NCBI GenBank assembly: GCA_052426225.1
Contig: JBNJNM010000015.1
Span: forward strand, 558,001-622,000
Direction of reading: 5' to 3'
Source: Zancudomyces culisetae HAW-14-8
Taxonomy: Eukaryota; Fungi; Kickxellomycota
Length of the DNA: 64,000 nucleotides
The notes below the pieces were generated by a model. The model was not told the DNA's origin. It ran no database searches and saw only the letters and a program-made list of their open reading frames with translations. Both the position numbers and the translations under genes were made by a program. How positions within the stretch are numbered: the first letter of the stretch is position 1; every line of letters starts with the position of its first letter. This document shows positions 51,106 to 61,076 of the stretch, one piece after another.

Positions 51106-53459
51106 ATGGATATGCTAGAACTAAAACAGGATTTACGCCTCAAACTGATCGATGCCATAGATTCTGTAAGTTCACCCAAACTCCTCCGGAATCCATATAC
51201 TACATTGTTTATTAGTTTCGGTCTATGAACTGATAATGATTGTACTACAATTGGATTAACAAACCTAATTCTCCATTAATTTGTATATTATAGGTCAGGG
51301 GAAAAAAAACTCTTATTATAGATCCGGATCTTTCTAGCTCGTTAAATCTGATAATAGACTATAACACACTCAAAGAGCATGGAGTGGAAAAGACGTGCTA
51401 TATAAATGAAGATACAGAAATTGGTGAACAAGAAACCAATTTGCTGTTTATAATGCAGCCCAACATCAACAAAGCAGTTTTACTGGCAGGACTTGTTAAA
51501 AGCGCGATAAAAAAAAACTTTAAACGAAATATCAGTATAAAGCTCGTGCCGAGGAAAACAATACTTTTTGAAAAAATACTAGAGGAAGAAGGTATACTTG
51601 GTGAGGTCTTTGTGAAAGAGTTGAAAATCAACTTTATTCCACTAGAGAAGGACATGATTACGATGAACTTTGAATCTACTTTTAAAGAGCTGTATTTAGA
51701 TGGAGACTTTTCAAAAGTATACCATTCAACAAGAGCGCTAATGGAGTTTCAAACAAAGTACGGATTATTTCCCAAAATTTACGGAAAAGGCGACTACGCA
51801 AATGTAAGTATAGAGTTATACTATTTTAATCGAGTAGATAATTAAGAAAAAAAGTGCCTAAATTAGATGCTTGCAGACAATCTGGTAAAAATGCGAACTG
51901 AACTTACGGTCAAAGAGGATGAAGAATATAAATGGAGGCAAAGAAATCTCTCACCAGAGTTTGACGCACTGGTTATAATAGATAGGGCTGTGGATTTGGT
52001 CACACCTCTTCTAACACAGCTTACATACGCAGGAATAGTGGATGAGTATTATGGAATTCAAAATGAGGCTATTCAGATAGATGAAGTTACCAATCGATCG
52101 ACTGGCGGAGAAAGTGCGTTTCAGCGGGGACAAAAAAAGAGAAAGATTAAATTGAATTCCAATGACAAAGTATATACGATACTACGTGACAAAAGCTTTG
52201 CTGAAGTGGGGGAGATACTATCACAAAAAGCGAAGGGGCTACAGGTTCAATACGAGGATAGACACAAGGCAAATACGATTTCAGAGGTGCGAGAGTATGT
52301 AAAAGGTGTTGGAGCGATGCAGGCTGAGCAGCATTCCCTTCAAACACATGTTGTTCTTGCTAAACAGTTGGTAGAATTTACACAAAGTGAAGAGTTTATC
52401 AAGATTAATGAAATTGAGGCGAGCTTGATAGAGTTTAGTGATTTGACAAAAGAGCAGCTTCAGTACATCGAGGAGCTGATTACCAAATGCGATCCATTTT
52501 TTATGGACGAAGAAAGTCATCGTAACCACAACAAATTGGCAATAGTTTTGCGGATAGTTTGCCTATATTCGCTAATTAAAGGTCCAAAGGTCAAGCGCAA
52601 ATACTTTGAAAAGTTTCATTCGCTCATAATTGGTGCAATGGGATTTCAGCATGCCATTACCTTGAAGAGATTGTCAAGGTTGGAAATATTTGAACCGCCG
52701 GCGCCCTCGACGTCCTTTGCTTCGACATTGTTTTTTTCACGTTCTTTTACCAATCCAAGCGCTCAGTCTAGCACACCCAGTAGTGGTTCTGGCTACAACA
52801 GCACAACAAAAAATGTTGGCGGTGGCAGTGGTACTAAGGGTAATGGCGACCTTCTAGATGACGAGGGACTTTCAGCCTTACCATCAACAAAACCCTCAAA
52901 TCCTTCAACCTCAGACACGTTCTCATTTCTTAGAACCAGCCTAAAGCTATACCCGAATGCACATCCTCATTCTGCCGATGATGTTGGCAAGTTTTACAAT
53001 GGGTATGTTCCTATTTCGATCAGATTAATTCAATGTTTAACACGCGACAACAAGATCCTGTCTGATTACAACTCAAATGCAAAGTCAAGTTATGTAGGGA
53101 TAAATGTAGGTTTCAATTCCAATATTAACAGAGATTCTGATTCTGGATTGAATGTACCAGGCGGTGTAGTGTTTGGATGGAAGGGGTTTGAGGACATTTT
53201 ACAAAACATACCAGGAAAAACAGTGGAATTGATCCAATACTCATCCAGCACATCACTGCTACAACCCGCATATTCAGATCCACCCAGCAGCAATACGACC
53301 CCCGTGAAGTCCACCCTGTTATTTTTCTTGGGTGGAATAACACTTGCTGAAATCAGTGCAATTAGATATCTGAGCCAAAAGCAAAACCACAATTACATTA
53401 TTGCCACAACTGATATTATTAATGGAAACTCTTTGATTAATTCTATAATGGATGTTTGA
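51106..53459 (+). CDS. VPS33: Sec1/Munc18 family HOPS/CORVET subunit Vps33; exons 51106-51165, 51294-51803, 51867-53459
   Basis: DS|VRGKKTLIIDP, LVPRKT...LEEEG, LYLDGD, IIDRAVDLVTPLLTQLTYAGIVDE, Y.GY.P.SIRL, FFLGGITLAEISAIR. Confidence 0.92.
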
Positions 53460-55241
53460 ATACGATTGGCTTTGCTTTGCTTTCTTTTTTTTCTTTTTTT
53501 TCCTGGTTATTATTATCATCTTTAGCCATCGATTTTACAGTGATGTTACATGTTCTCTTACTCTGCAATAACATGTATTTTATTTATTGGACACGATATA
53601 TCAATTTTTTTCTTTGGAGAATTGTTTCAACCTTCCCAAACCCACCTCTGTTATTTTTTTTTGCTTGAGTATTTAAATTGATATGAGAATTTCGGCAATG
53701 AAAAGAGAGCATCATGTTATAAGAAAAAATGTGGAAGAAAATGAAAGTGGGGAAGCGTTCCACCCAATAAGAGATCAAGACAAGGGATAACAGCCTATGA
53801 GTAGAATTGAGTAGTTTCAGTTTTCCATTTCACTAGTTCTTGTGCTTACTCTCTGTTTTGGAATGAGGGGAGAGGAAGAGAGGGGGTGGGGGATATTGGA
53901 ATGGTTGTAAGTTAATATATGGGGTGGGAGATGGTAGTTGCAGAATATCAAGAAAGAAAAAGTTAGTAGGAAAAAAAGTGGTATTTACATGATGCAATTT
54001 ATAATTTATTATTGGTATACGTTGTATTGTTTAATTATATTTGCATTTGTGCAGGTGTATTTGCGCGCATATAGCACCAAAAAAAAAACAAAAGTAATGT
54101 GACCTATATTCGATGTTTGTTTTTACTATTTTGGGAGACCAAAACCCAAGATTAGAATTGGAATGTGCATGTTATACATCTTTTCTTTTTTACGAACCAC
54201 AATATCATATGTTGCAGATTATGTTTTTACTTGGTATGCTAGAAAACAAGCGTCACACCAAGATGGTGAGTCTAGAATAAATGTACTTGATCAGCAATAA
54301 AAAAAAAGTAATGAGGTGTATTTGAATTATCGAATTCAGTGTATATTCTACAACGATATTCAAATAGTAATTTACACACATTGATGCTTTCTCTGCATAC
54401 ATTTCTGTATTTTCTTAACACGCTTAACTTTAAGAATACTGATGATGAGATTTCAGCTAAAAGAAAAGTAAAGTAAAAAAAGTAGCAATGATGACAACAA
54501 TTGGCCTTATTCTTTCCTTTTTATGAACATTCCAAGTAAACACTTTGCTCTTAAACGCTACTCTCAAACGACGTAGTTTCATAGCAGTTAATTGCAAATA
54601 AACACCCTACATCGTTTACAAAACAGTATTAAAAAAAAGCCATCATTAAATTAAGGTTTTAGCTGAATGCATTACAATTTGTCCCTTTACATATGGACCC
54701 AACAATTTGATTCATCCAGCGGCCTAAAAACTTGGTCCATCTCCAAGTATTATTAGCCAATTTTTTGAAAAATACACTAGCACACGACGACTTTTTTTCA
54801 TTACCACTTTAATTGCATATCATACACCACCTCTGCCACTTTATTATTATTGTTATTGTTATTATTTAATTATTTTATTTCTCGCCATATTGAAACTATG
54901 ATCAAGATAATTGGGTTTACAAGAGAGTTTAGAAATTGTAGTATCCCACCATTTGAGATGGACTTGCTCGTTTACCAAATGGTTACAATGATTCAAAACA
55001 AATAATATAACGTTCTTGTTAGTTTATGCATTACCGTTGAATATTGCTTTTCAACCCTCAAAAAAAAAAATTTACGTTATTTTATAATTTTGTTATTGGC
55101 ATTTCATTTGCTATTTTCTAACAAAAACACGTTGCAAGATTTAATAAGAGAGAAAAATAATAGAGAGGAGGTTCGAATTGTAATTATACCCATAATAACA
55201 ATAGGAATTGCAATAGTGAAGCGGCATTTGTTATCATAAGG

Positions 55242-58200
55242 ATGACCAAAGAAACAAATGATGAAAGTGATATAGGTAATATGGAAGGACAGCAAAAACC
55301 AACTATAAAACAGCAAAAACAGCAACAAGCACAAAAGCAGAATGAAGGCAAAAATGATGAAACTGTTGCTTTGTTTGCGGTAGGTACATCCGATCCAACC
55401 ATCCCAGCACAGGTATCAGACATCGTTGGGAGTACCAGTAGTCATAATAAACAGCAAGATGAAATTCCATTTCAATTTGATGATCCGATTGGGACTGGCG
55501 ACACTGCCGGCCAAGAGATTTATCTGAATGGAAGTGAAAACGACCAAGAGGTAGAAGTGAGGGGACAGGCGGATGCTATACCATACTTTCAGGCAGATTC
55601 GATAGAGAATAATTTTACTGTAACTCATGATAAAAGCATACAAGAGAATCCGAGTACAGAGGCTGTACTAGAGAGTAATCAAAACCATGCTGATAGCCAA
55701 AATGGTATAGTTGATAGCAGTGGCACTGTACAACCGCTAAATACACACTCTTCATATTCGTTGCTGTCTGGAGATAGTAGCCAATCTAGTGGTATTCCAT
55801 TTTCACAAATAAGTTATAGCGAACTTGAAAACCCAACTACAGAAGCTGAGGCGGAAGTACAAGTGGCAACTACAACGGAAACAAACCAGGCTGCGATTGG
55901 TATGGGCAGCATAAGCAGAATGACGTATGAACCAAATGTGGAAGAGCCGTACTTGGAATTTAACGAAGCTGATGAAGAATCAATACCATTTGGAAATGAG
56001 AATAATAATCCGATCGATGAACATAATATGAGTGGTGGTAATGGTATTATGGCAGCAGCACAACCAGTAGATGAACCTATTCCATTTGATGGGGATGGCG
56101 ATTTGGTACTAGAACAGCCAGCTGGTGAGTCGGAAATTCCGTTTAACACAAAGAGCGATAGTAGTTCAAACACCGCACAGAGTGTACCGGTTGCACAACC
56201 AGTGGATGAACCTATTCCGTTTGGTGGAGATGAGGAGATGGTGCTAGAACAGCCGGTTATTGAGTCGAAGATTCCATTTGTCATGGAGAATAATGGTAAT
56301 GCAAACACCACCCAGAGTGTACCGGCTGCACAACCAGTGGATGAGCCTATTCCGTTTGGTGGAGATGAGGAGATGGTGCTAGAACAGCCGGTTGGTGAGT
56401 CGAAAATTCCATTTATCATGGAGAATAATGGTAATGCAAACACCGCCCAGAGTGTACCGGCTGCACAACCAGTGGATGAACCTATTCCGTTTGGTGGAGA
56501 TGAGGAGATGGTGCTAGAACAGCCGGTTGGAGAAACGGTAACGTTTGATAATGTGGCGAGTAACACAGATGGAGTACTTGTTGAAAATGCGCCGATAAGC
56601 GAGCCAATTCCATTTGACAGTGGTGATGGTTTGGTAACAGAACAAGTATCTACTGAATCTATTCCATTTGGTGGACAAGGGAACTACCAGGAGCCTGCTG
56701 TTGAGCAAAACTCTCCAATTAACGAATCAGTTCCAGTTGGGCAAGAAGCCAGTGATATTTTGGCTGAAGAGCAGCCAATGTTGGAGAGTCAACAACCAGT
56801 TCAGTTTGGTATTAGTCATGGTGATAGCGGCCCATCGATTGAAGGTGGAGCGACAGTACCGGTAAAAGTAGAGGAAAAAGAGGAAGAGATTCCATTTGGG
56901 GAAAATACTGGAGGTGTGGATGAGTACTGTAATGGATGGGAGATTGAAGAATTACAAGAAGTGGAAATGGAAGCGGGAACGGGAATGGAGATGCAAGTGG
57001 AGGCAGAAACAGGACTAGGAATAAAGCAGAGTGAGACGTCTGAGGTTGAAGTTGTACAGCAACAACAGCAAGAGCAACAACAACAACAGCAGCAACAGAA
57101 TGACGAGTTTAACCCTTTTGGACATGAAGCGAGCATGCAGCAGGAATTCTGGAAGACGAGTGATGAAAGTATTCCATTTGTGACAGAAACACAGGTAGAG
57201 GGTGATTTCTTTTCAATGCTGGGTAGTCAGGATACTCAAGGGGCTGGGATGGTACAGTCTCAAACACAAGCGCAGACACAGCCTATTCAGCAAGAGCAGT
57301 ATCAACAGGAACAATATCAGCAGGAACAATATCAACAGGAACAGTATCAACAGGAACAATATCAACAGGAACAGTATCAAGAAGAACAAGCGGATCAGGT
57401 TGGATATGGCGAACTTGCGTATGATGAACAAAGTGGGCAATATTACGACACAGTGACGGGTGACTATTATGATTTAGATTATCAACAATACTACAATGCA
57501 GCAAGCGATTCTTGGTATTATATCGATGAGCTTGGAAATAAAATAGTGACTGCAGTTGCAGGAAAAGCGGTTGAGATGATACAGCCGCAACAGCAGCTTG
57601 AACCAGGGCAGTTTGAGCAACAACAGTTTGAACCAGGGCAGTTTGAGCAACAACAACAGTTTGAGCAACAGGAGCAGTATGTACAGCAGCAATTTCAACC
57701 AGGGCAGTTTGAACCACAACAGTTTAACCAACAGCTATTTGAGCCACTGCAGGAACAGGGAGAATTCCAAATGCAAAATTACTATCAAGAAGAGCAACTA
57801 AACGGACCAGAGAATGCATATAGTTATCAGATGCAGCAGGAACAAAAAATCCAACAAGAACAAAGAGAGGGGCCAACTCAACATATTCAAAACGACCAGC
57901 TAACGTTCGAGAGCACAGGTGCTGAATATGATTACAATGAAGACTATAGCTATGGATATAATTATGAATATGAGGCGGGAGAGAGTCAGCCACTTGAACA
58001 AAATTATGAAGAAAAGGGACTACATCAAGACTACAACTATGAGCAACTAGACGAGTACAGTAGTACACATTATACACAGGATACTAGTAGTGTTTACCAG
58101 CCACTGATGGAAGGGGAGATTGTAGAAGGGCAGATATTAGAAGAGGAGATATTAGAAGAAGAGGTGCAAGCAATTCCCCAGAAAACAGGGTGCAGGCCGC

Positions 58201-61076
58201 TGATTACGTTTGGATTTGGCGGACAGGTTGTAATGTATTTCCAGACAGCAGGCCAGGTGGAAATAACAAGTCTTGGAAGAATTGTGGGGGCTGAACACAC
58301 AGCACAAGTTGAGGATAAGCCGTTTGTGTTTGAAGGGAGTGTGAGTCGTGCAGAAGATCTTTTGGGCGCAATGACGCAGGCTGGTGAACGGTGTCAAGAC
58401 GAGATGAAGCAGACGTGGCAGCCATATGTCAAGGACAATCGGCAAGTAGCGATGGAAAAGGCTATGTGGGCAGGGCTGAATGTGTTGGTTAGCAGCCGAG
58501 GGTTTTTGGAAAAGATGGACAAGGTTCGATTAACACAATTGTGCGATGAGCTGAGTCGTATTATGGAGCTCAACCAAGTTGGTAGCAATGAAAATACCAG
58601 TGATTACAATAACCCAGAGACAGTAACAGGCGGTTATGGTACTCAACGTCAACTCAGCCAAATAGAACAGTTACTGGTGAAAGGAGAGAAGAAACAGGCA
58701 GTTGACTACGCGATCGAACAGAAATTGTGGGCTCAGGCTCTGATTATTGCTAGTTGTACAGCGCGCGAAGTGTGGAAAAGCACAGTCGAAAAGTATGTAA
58801 ACAGTTTTCAGCAGACAAAGTCGGCGCAACATCAAGTGCTGGGTATACAATACTTGATGTTTGCAGGCGTAGATGACGCAACCATCTTTCCATCTCCATC
58901 TTCCACAGCGACGTTTGGCAGCAGCAACGACAATGTCACTGCAAATATCAAGCAGCGATGGCCGCGGATGTTGCGATTGATGCTGGCAAACTATGCAACT
59001 GGACAGTCTAAGGCAATAGTTGCGCTGGGCGATCAGCTGATGCAATGTGGCGAAACTGCAGCTGCACATTTGTGTTATGCGCTGACGCTATCCAGCTCAA
59101 TTCTGTTTAGAAAGAAGAGCACGGATAAATGCGCGGGAATTCAGACGGCATTGTTGGCAGGGAAAGGTTCTGGAAATGTCGATTCGGCTCTGTTGGTTTG
59201 GAATCGTGAAACTGAATTGGCTCTAAAATGGACACAGATTTATGAAGTTGCTCAAGTTGTCAATGCAGCATCTAAAGCCAATGCCAACATCAACACCAAC
59301 ACCAACACTAATCCGAATACTAATTCCAATACTAATCCGAATACCAATCCCAATGCTAATGTCAATGTCAATGCCAATGCCAATAATGCTGGTCTAAACA
59401 CCAGCACTCTTGTCTGCCTACCTCATTTCCAAGCCTACAAGCTATCCTATGCAATCTGGCTTGCTGACTGTGGCCATTTGGATTTGGCTCTTTTGCACTG
59501 CAACTGTTTGCTCAATATAGTTGAATCTGCCAAGAAACAAAAGTCTCAGGCTGCTTATCTTCATCCTCGCTATATGGCTGCGCTCAATGACTGGAGAGAC
59601 CGGCTGGTTAATTCGGGTGTAAAACCTCTGTACCACGACACGAAAAAGAACCTGTCTTCAATGCCCGCTGCTGCATCCAACGAAAAGGCCTGGCTGAATC
59701 TCTCAGTTCCTCGTCCGTCCTTGTCTTCAATTCTAAATGTTGTGGATTCGGGAATCGACAAACTTATTTCTGGTTCTACTTCCACCAGCAATGCTCCTTC
59801 TCCTGTTTATCCCATCCCTGCCTCTGACCATCACCAACCATCAGCTTCATCTCATCCTACAAAACAAACTTCAAAGGATCCTAATGCTCAACCAGTTTGG
59901 GAATTGGGTCCTGATAAATACGCCATCCCTGCTGACTATTCTGCTACCAAACGCAGCCTCAACTTCAATCCCAATCCTCCTTGTGAGTTCATGGCCAAAA
60001 CTCGTTCCACTCCTACGTTTATCGACTCGAAACTTTCTTCGTTCAATAACCCCAATCTAAACGACCCTATAACTAATAACTCTCTTATGCGTCCACCATC
60101 CTTTGATAGAACAAGCAACCGAGGACTACATTCAAACAACAGTAGCACAAGTAACTTTTCTAGTATCCTACAACAACAACAACAACAACAACAACAACCC
60201 TCTTTGTACAATCCTTCTTCGGCCAACACGACTCCAAAAACTAGCTTGGATTATGGTCACGGTGCAAGATTTGAGCAGAAACATCAACCACCTGTCAACG
60301 ACGATGATGATTTGCTTCTGATGGCTGGGTTTGGAAACAAAGCTCTAAAACCACCCAAAAAACCTGCTTCTTCATCACTCGATTCCGACTCTGCCTCCAA
60401 AGACATCTCTACCCAAAAACAGGACCAACAAGGTCAACGTCAGAGTCAAGAAAAAGACCAAGAACAAGAACAAGAACAAGCACAGCAGCAAACTGCTACT
60501 GGCGGAAGATTCGGTTTTGGTTTACTCAAAAACTTTCTTTGGGCTGGAACTCCCAACAATGCTGGCAGCTCAAGTGCCAATAATGATCCAAAACGCAAAC
60601 AAAAAAAGGCGGATTTGGGTGAGGAAAACTCGTTTGTTTTTGATCCAGTATTGAAGCGATGGGTTAATAAAGCCGCCAAAGGTGCTGGTGGTCAAGAACC
60701 CAGCCAGCCCACTCCTCCTCCCCCTCCTCCAATGATGCCAATGATGCAAATGGCACCACCACCGCCACAACAACAACAACAACAACAACAACAACATCCT
60801 CCTCCTCCTTCTCTTCCTTCACTATCTAATACTCATCCTTCCTCTCCACATTCCACCCCAAGACCATCTTTACAGGGATTGGTTAATGGTGGCACACCTG
60901 TCACCAATACTTCCTTCAGCAGTGTTCATTCCTCTCCATCATTGTCTTCTATACCAGCTGGTGCAAACACACCAACCATGCCACCCGGTCCCACAATGGG
61001 TTCCGCAGTTGGTGGTGGTGGTGGTAGGAGGAAAAACGTCCGTAGTAGATATGTTGACGTTTTTAATCCATCATGA
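55242..61076 (+). CDS. SEC16: COPII scaffold Sec16
   Basis: PLITFGFGG, LWAQALIIAS, LGDQL...AAAHLCY, LPHFQAYKL.YA.WLAD.G (ACE1 central domain), and C-terminal ADLGEENSFVFDPVLKRWVNK and RSRYVDVFN. Confidence 0.9.
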   Translation: MTKETNDESDIGNMEGQQKPTIKQQKQQQAQKQNEGKNDETVALFAVGTSDPTIPAQVSDIVGSTSSHNKQQDEIPFQFDDPIGTGDTAGQEIYLNGSENDQEVEVRGQADAIPYFQADSIENNFTVTHDKSIQENPSTEAVLESNQNHADSQNGIVDSSGTVQPLNTHSSYSLLSGDSSQSSGIPFSQISYSELENPTTEAEAEVQVATTTETNQAAIGMGSISRMTYEPNVEEPYLEFNEADEESIPFGNENNNPIDEHNMSGGNGIMAAAQPVDEPIPFDGDGDLVLEQPAGESEIPFNTKSDSSSNTAQSVPVAQPVDEPIPFGGDEEMVLEQPVIESKIPFVMENNGNANTTQSVPAAQPVDEPIPFGGDEEMVLEQPVGESKIPFIMENNGNANTAQSVPAAQPVDEPIPFGGDEEMVLEQPVGETVTFDNVASNTDGVLVENAPISEPIPFDSGDGLVTEQVSTESIPFGGQGNYQEPAVEQNSPINESVPVGQEASDILAEEQPMLESQQPVQFGISHGDSGPSIEGGATVPVKVEEKEEEIPFGENTGGVDEYCNGWEIEELQEVEMEAGTGMEMQVEAETGLGIKQSETSEVEVVQQQQQEQQQQQQQQNDEFNPFGHEASMQQEFWKTSDESIPFVTETQVEGDFFSMLGSQDTQGAGMVQSQTQAQTQPIQQEQYQQEQYQQEQYQQEQYQQEQYQQEQYQEEQADQVGYGELAYDEQSGQYYDTVTGDYYDLDYQQYYNAASDSWYYIDELGNKIVTAVAGKAVEMIQPQQQLEPGQFEQQQFEPGQFEQQQQFEQQEQYVQQQFQPGQFEPQQFNQQLFEPLQEQGEFQMQNYYQEEQLNGPENAYSYQMQQEQKIQQEQREGPTQHIQNDQLTFESTGAEYDYNEDYSYGYNYEYEAGESQPLEQNYEEKGLHQDYNYEQLDEYSSTHYTQDTSSVYQPLMEGEIVEGQILEEEILEEEVQAIPQKTGCRPLITFGFGGQVVMYFQTAGQVEITSLGRIVGAEHTAQVEDKPFVFEGSVSRAEDLLGAMTQAGERCQDEMKQTWQPYVKDNRQVAMEKAMWAGLNVLVSSRGFLEKMDKVRLTQLCDELSRIMELNQVGSNENTSDYNNPETVTGGYGTQRQLSQIEQLLVKGEKKQAVDYAIEQKLWAQALIIASCTAREVWKSTVEKYVNSFQQTKSAQHQVLGIQYLMFAGVDDATIFPSPSSTATFGSSNDNVTANIKQRWPRMLRLMLANYATGQSKAIVALGDQLMQCGETAAAHLCYALTLSSSILFRKKSTDKCAGIQTALLAGKGSGNVDSALLVWNRETELALKWTQIYEVAQVVNAASKANANINTNTNTNPNTNSNTNPNTNPNANVNVNANANNAGLNTSTLVCLPHFQAYKLSYAIWLADCGHLDLALLHCNCLLNIVESAKKQKSQAAYLHPRYMAALNDWRDRLVNSGVKPLYHDTKKNLSSMPAAASNEKAWLNLSVPRPSLSSILNVVDSGIDKLISGSTSTSNAPSPVYPIPASDHHQPSASSHPTKQTSKDPNAQPVWELGPDKYAIPADYSATKRSLNFNPNPPCEFMAKTRSTPTFIDSKLSSFNNPNLNDPITNNSLMRPPSFDRTSNRGLHSNNSSTSNFSSILQQQQQQQQQPSLYNPSSANTTPKTSLDYGHGARFEQKHQPPVNDDDDLLLMAGFGNKALKPPKKPASSSLDSDSASKDISTQKQDQQGQRQSQEKDQEQEQEQAQQQTATGGRFGFGLLKNFLWAGTPNNAGSSSANNDPKRKQKKADLGEENSFVFDPVLKRWVNKAAKGAGGQEPSQPTPPPPPPMMPMMQMAPPPPQQQQQQQQQHPPPPSLPSLSNTHPSSPHSTPRPSLQGLVNGGTPVTNTSFSSVHSSPSLSSIPAGANTPTMPPGPTMGSAVGGGGGRRKNVRSRYVDVFNPS
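56056..56595 (+). repeat. Coding 135-bp (45-aa) tandem repeat, about 4 copies
   Basis: GCACAACCAGT(A/G)GATGA(A/G)CCTATTCC recurs at about 56058, 56193, 56328 and 56463. Confidence 0.92.
57288..57386 (+). repeat. Coding 15-bp tandem repeat (QQEQY)x6
   Basis: CA(A/G)CAGGAACA(A/G)TAT units. Confidence 0.9.

Noticed and set aside
55814-57801. Tandem repeats as a CRISPR-like or non-coding array; 250-aa antisense ORF
   Set aside because: Units are in-frame multiples of 3 within Sec16, with no unique spacers.
49035-61076. Clustering of trafficking/coat genes (SEH1, VPS33, SEC16)
   Set aside because: They belong to different complexes and I see no shared regulatory element; chance adjacency is sufficient.
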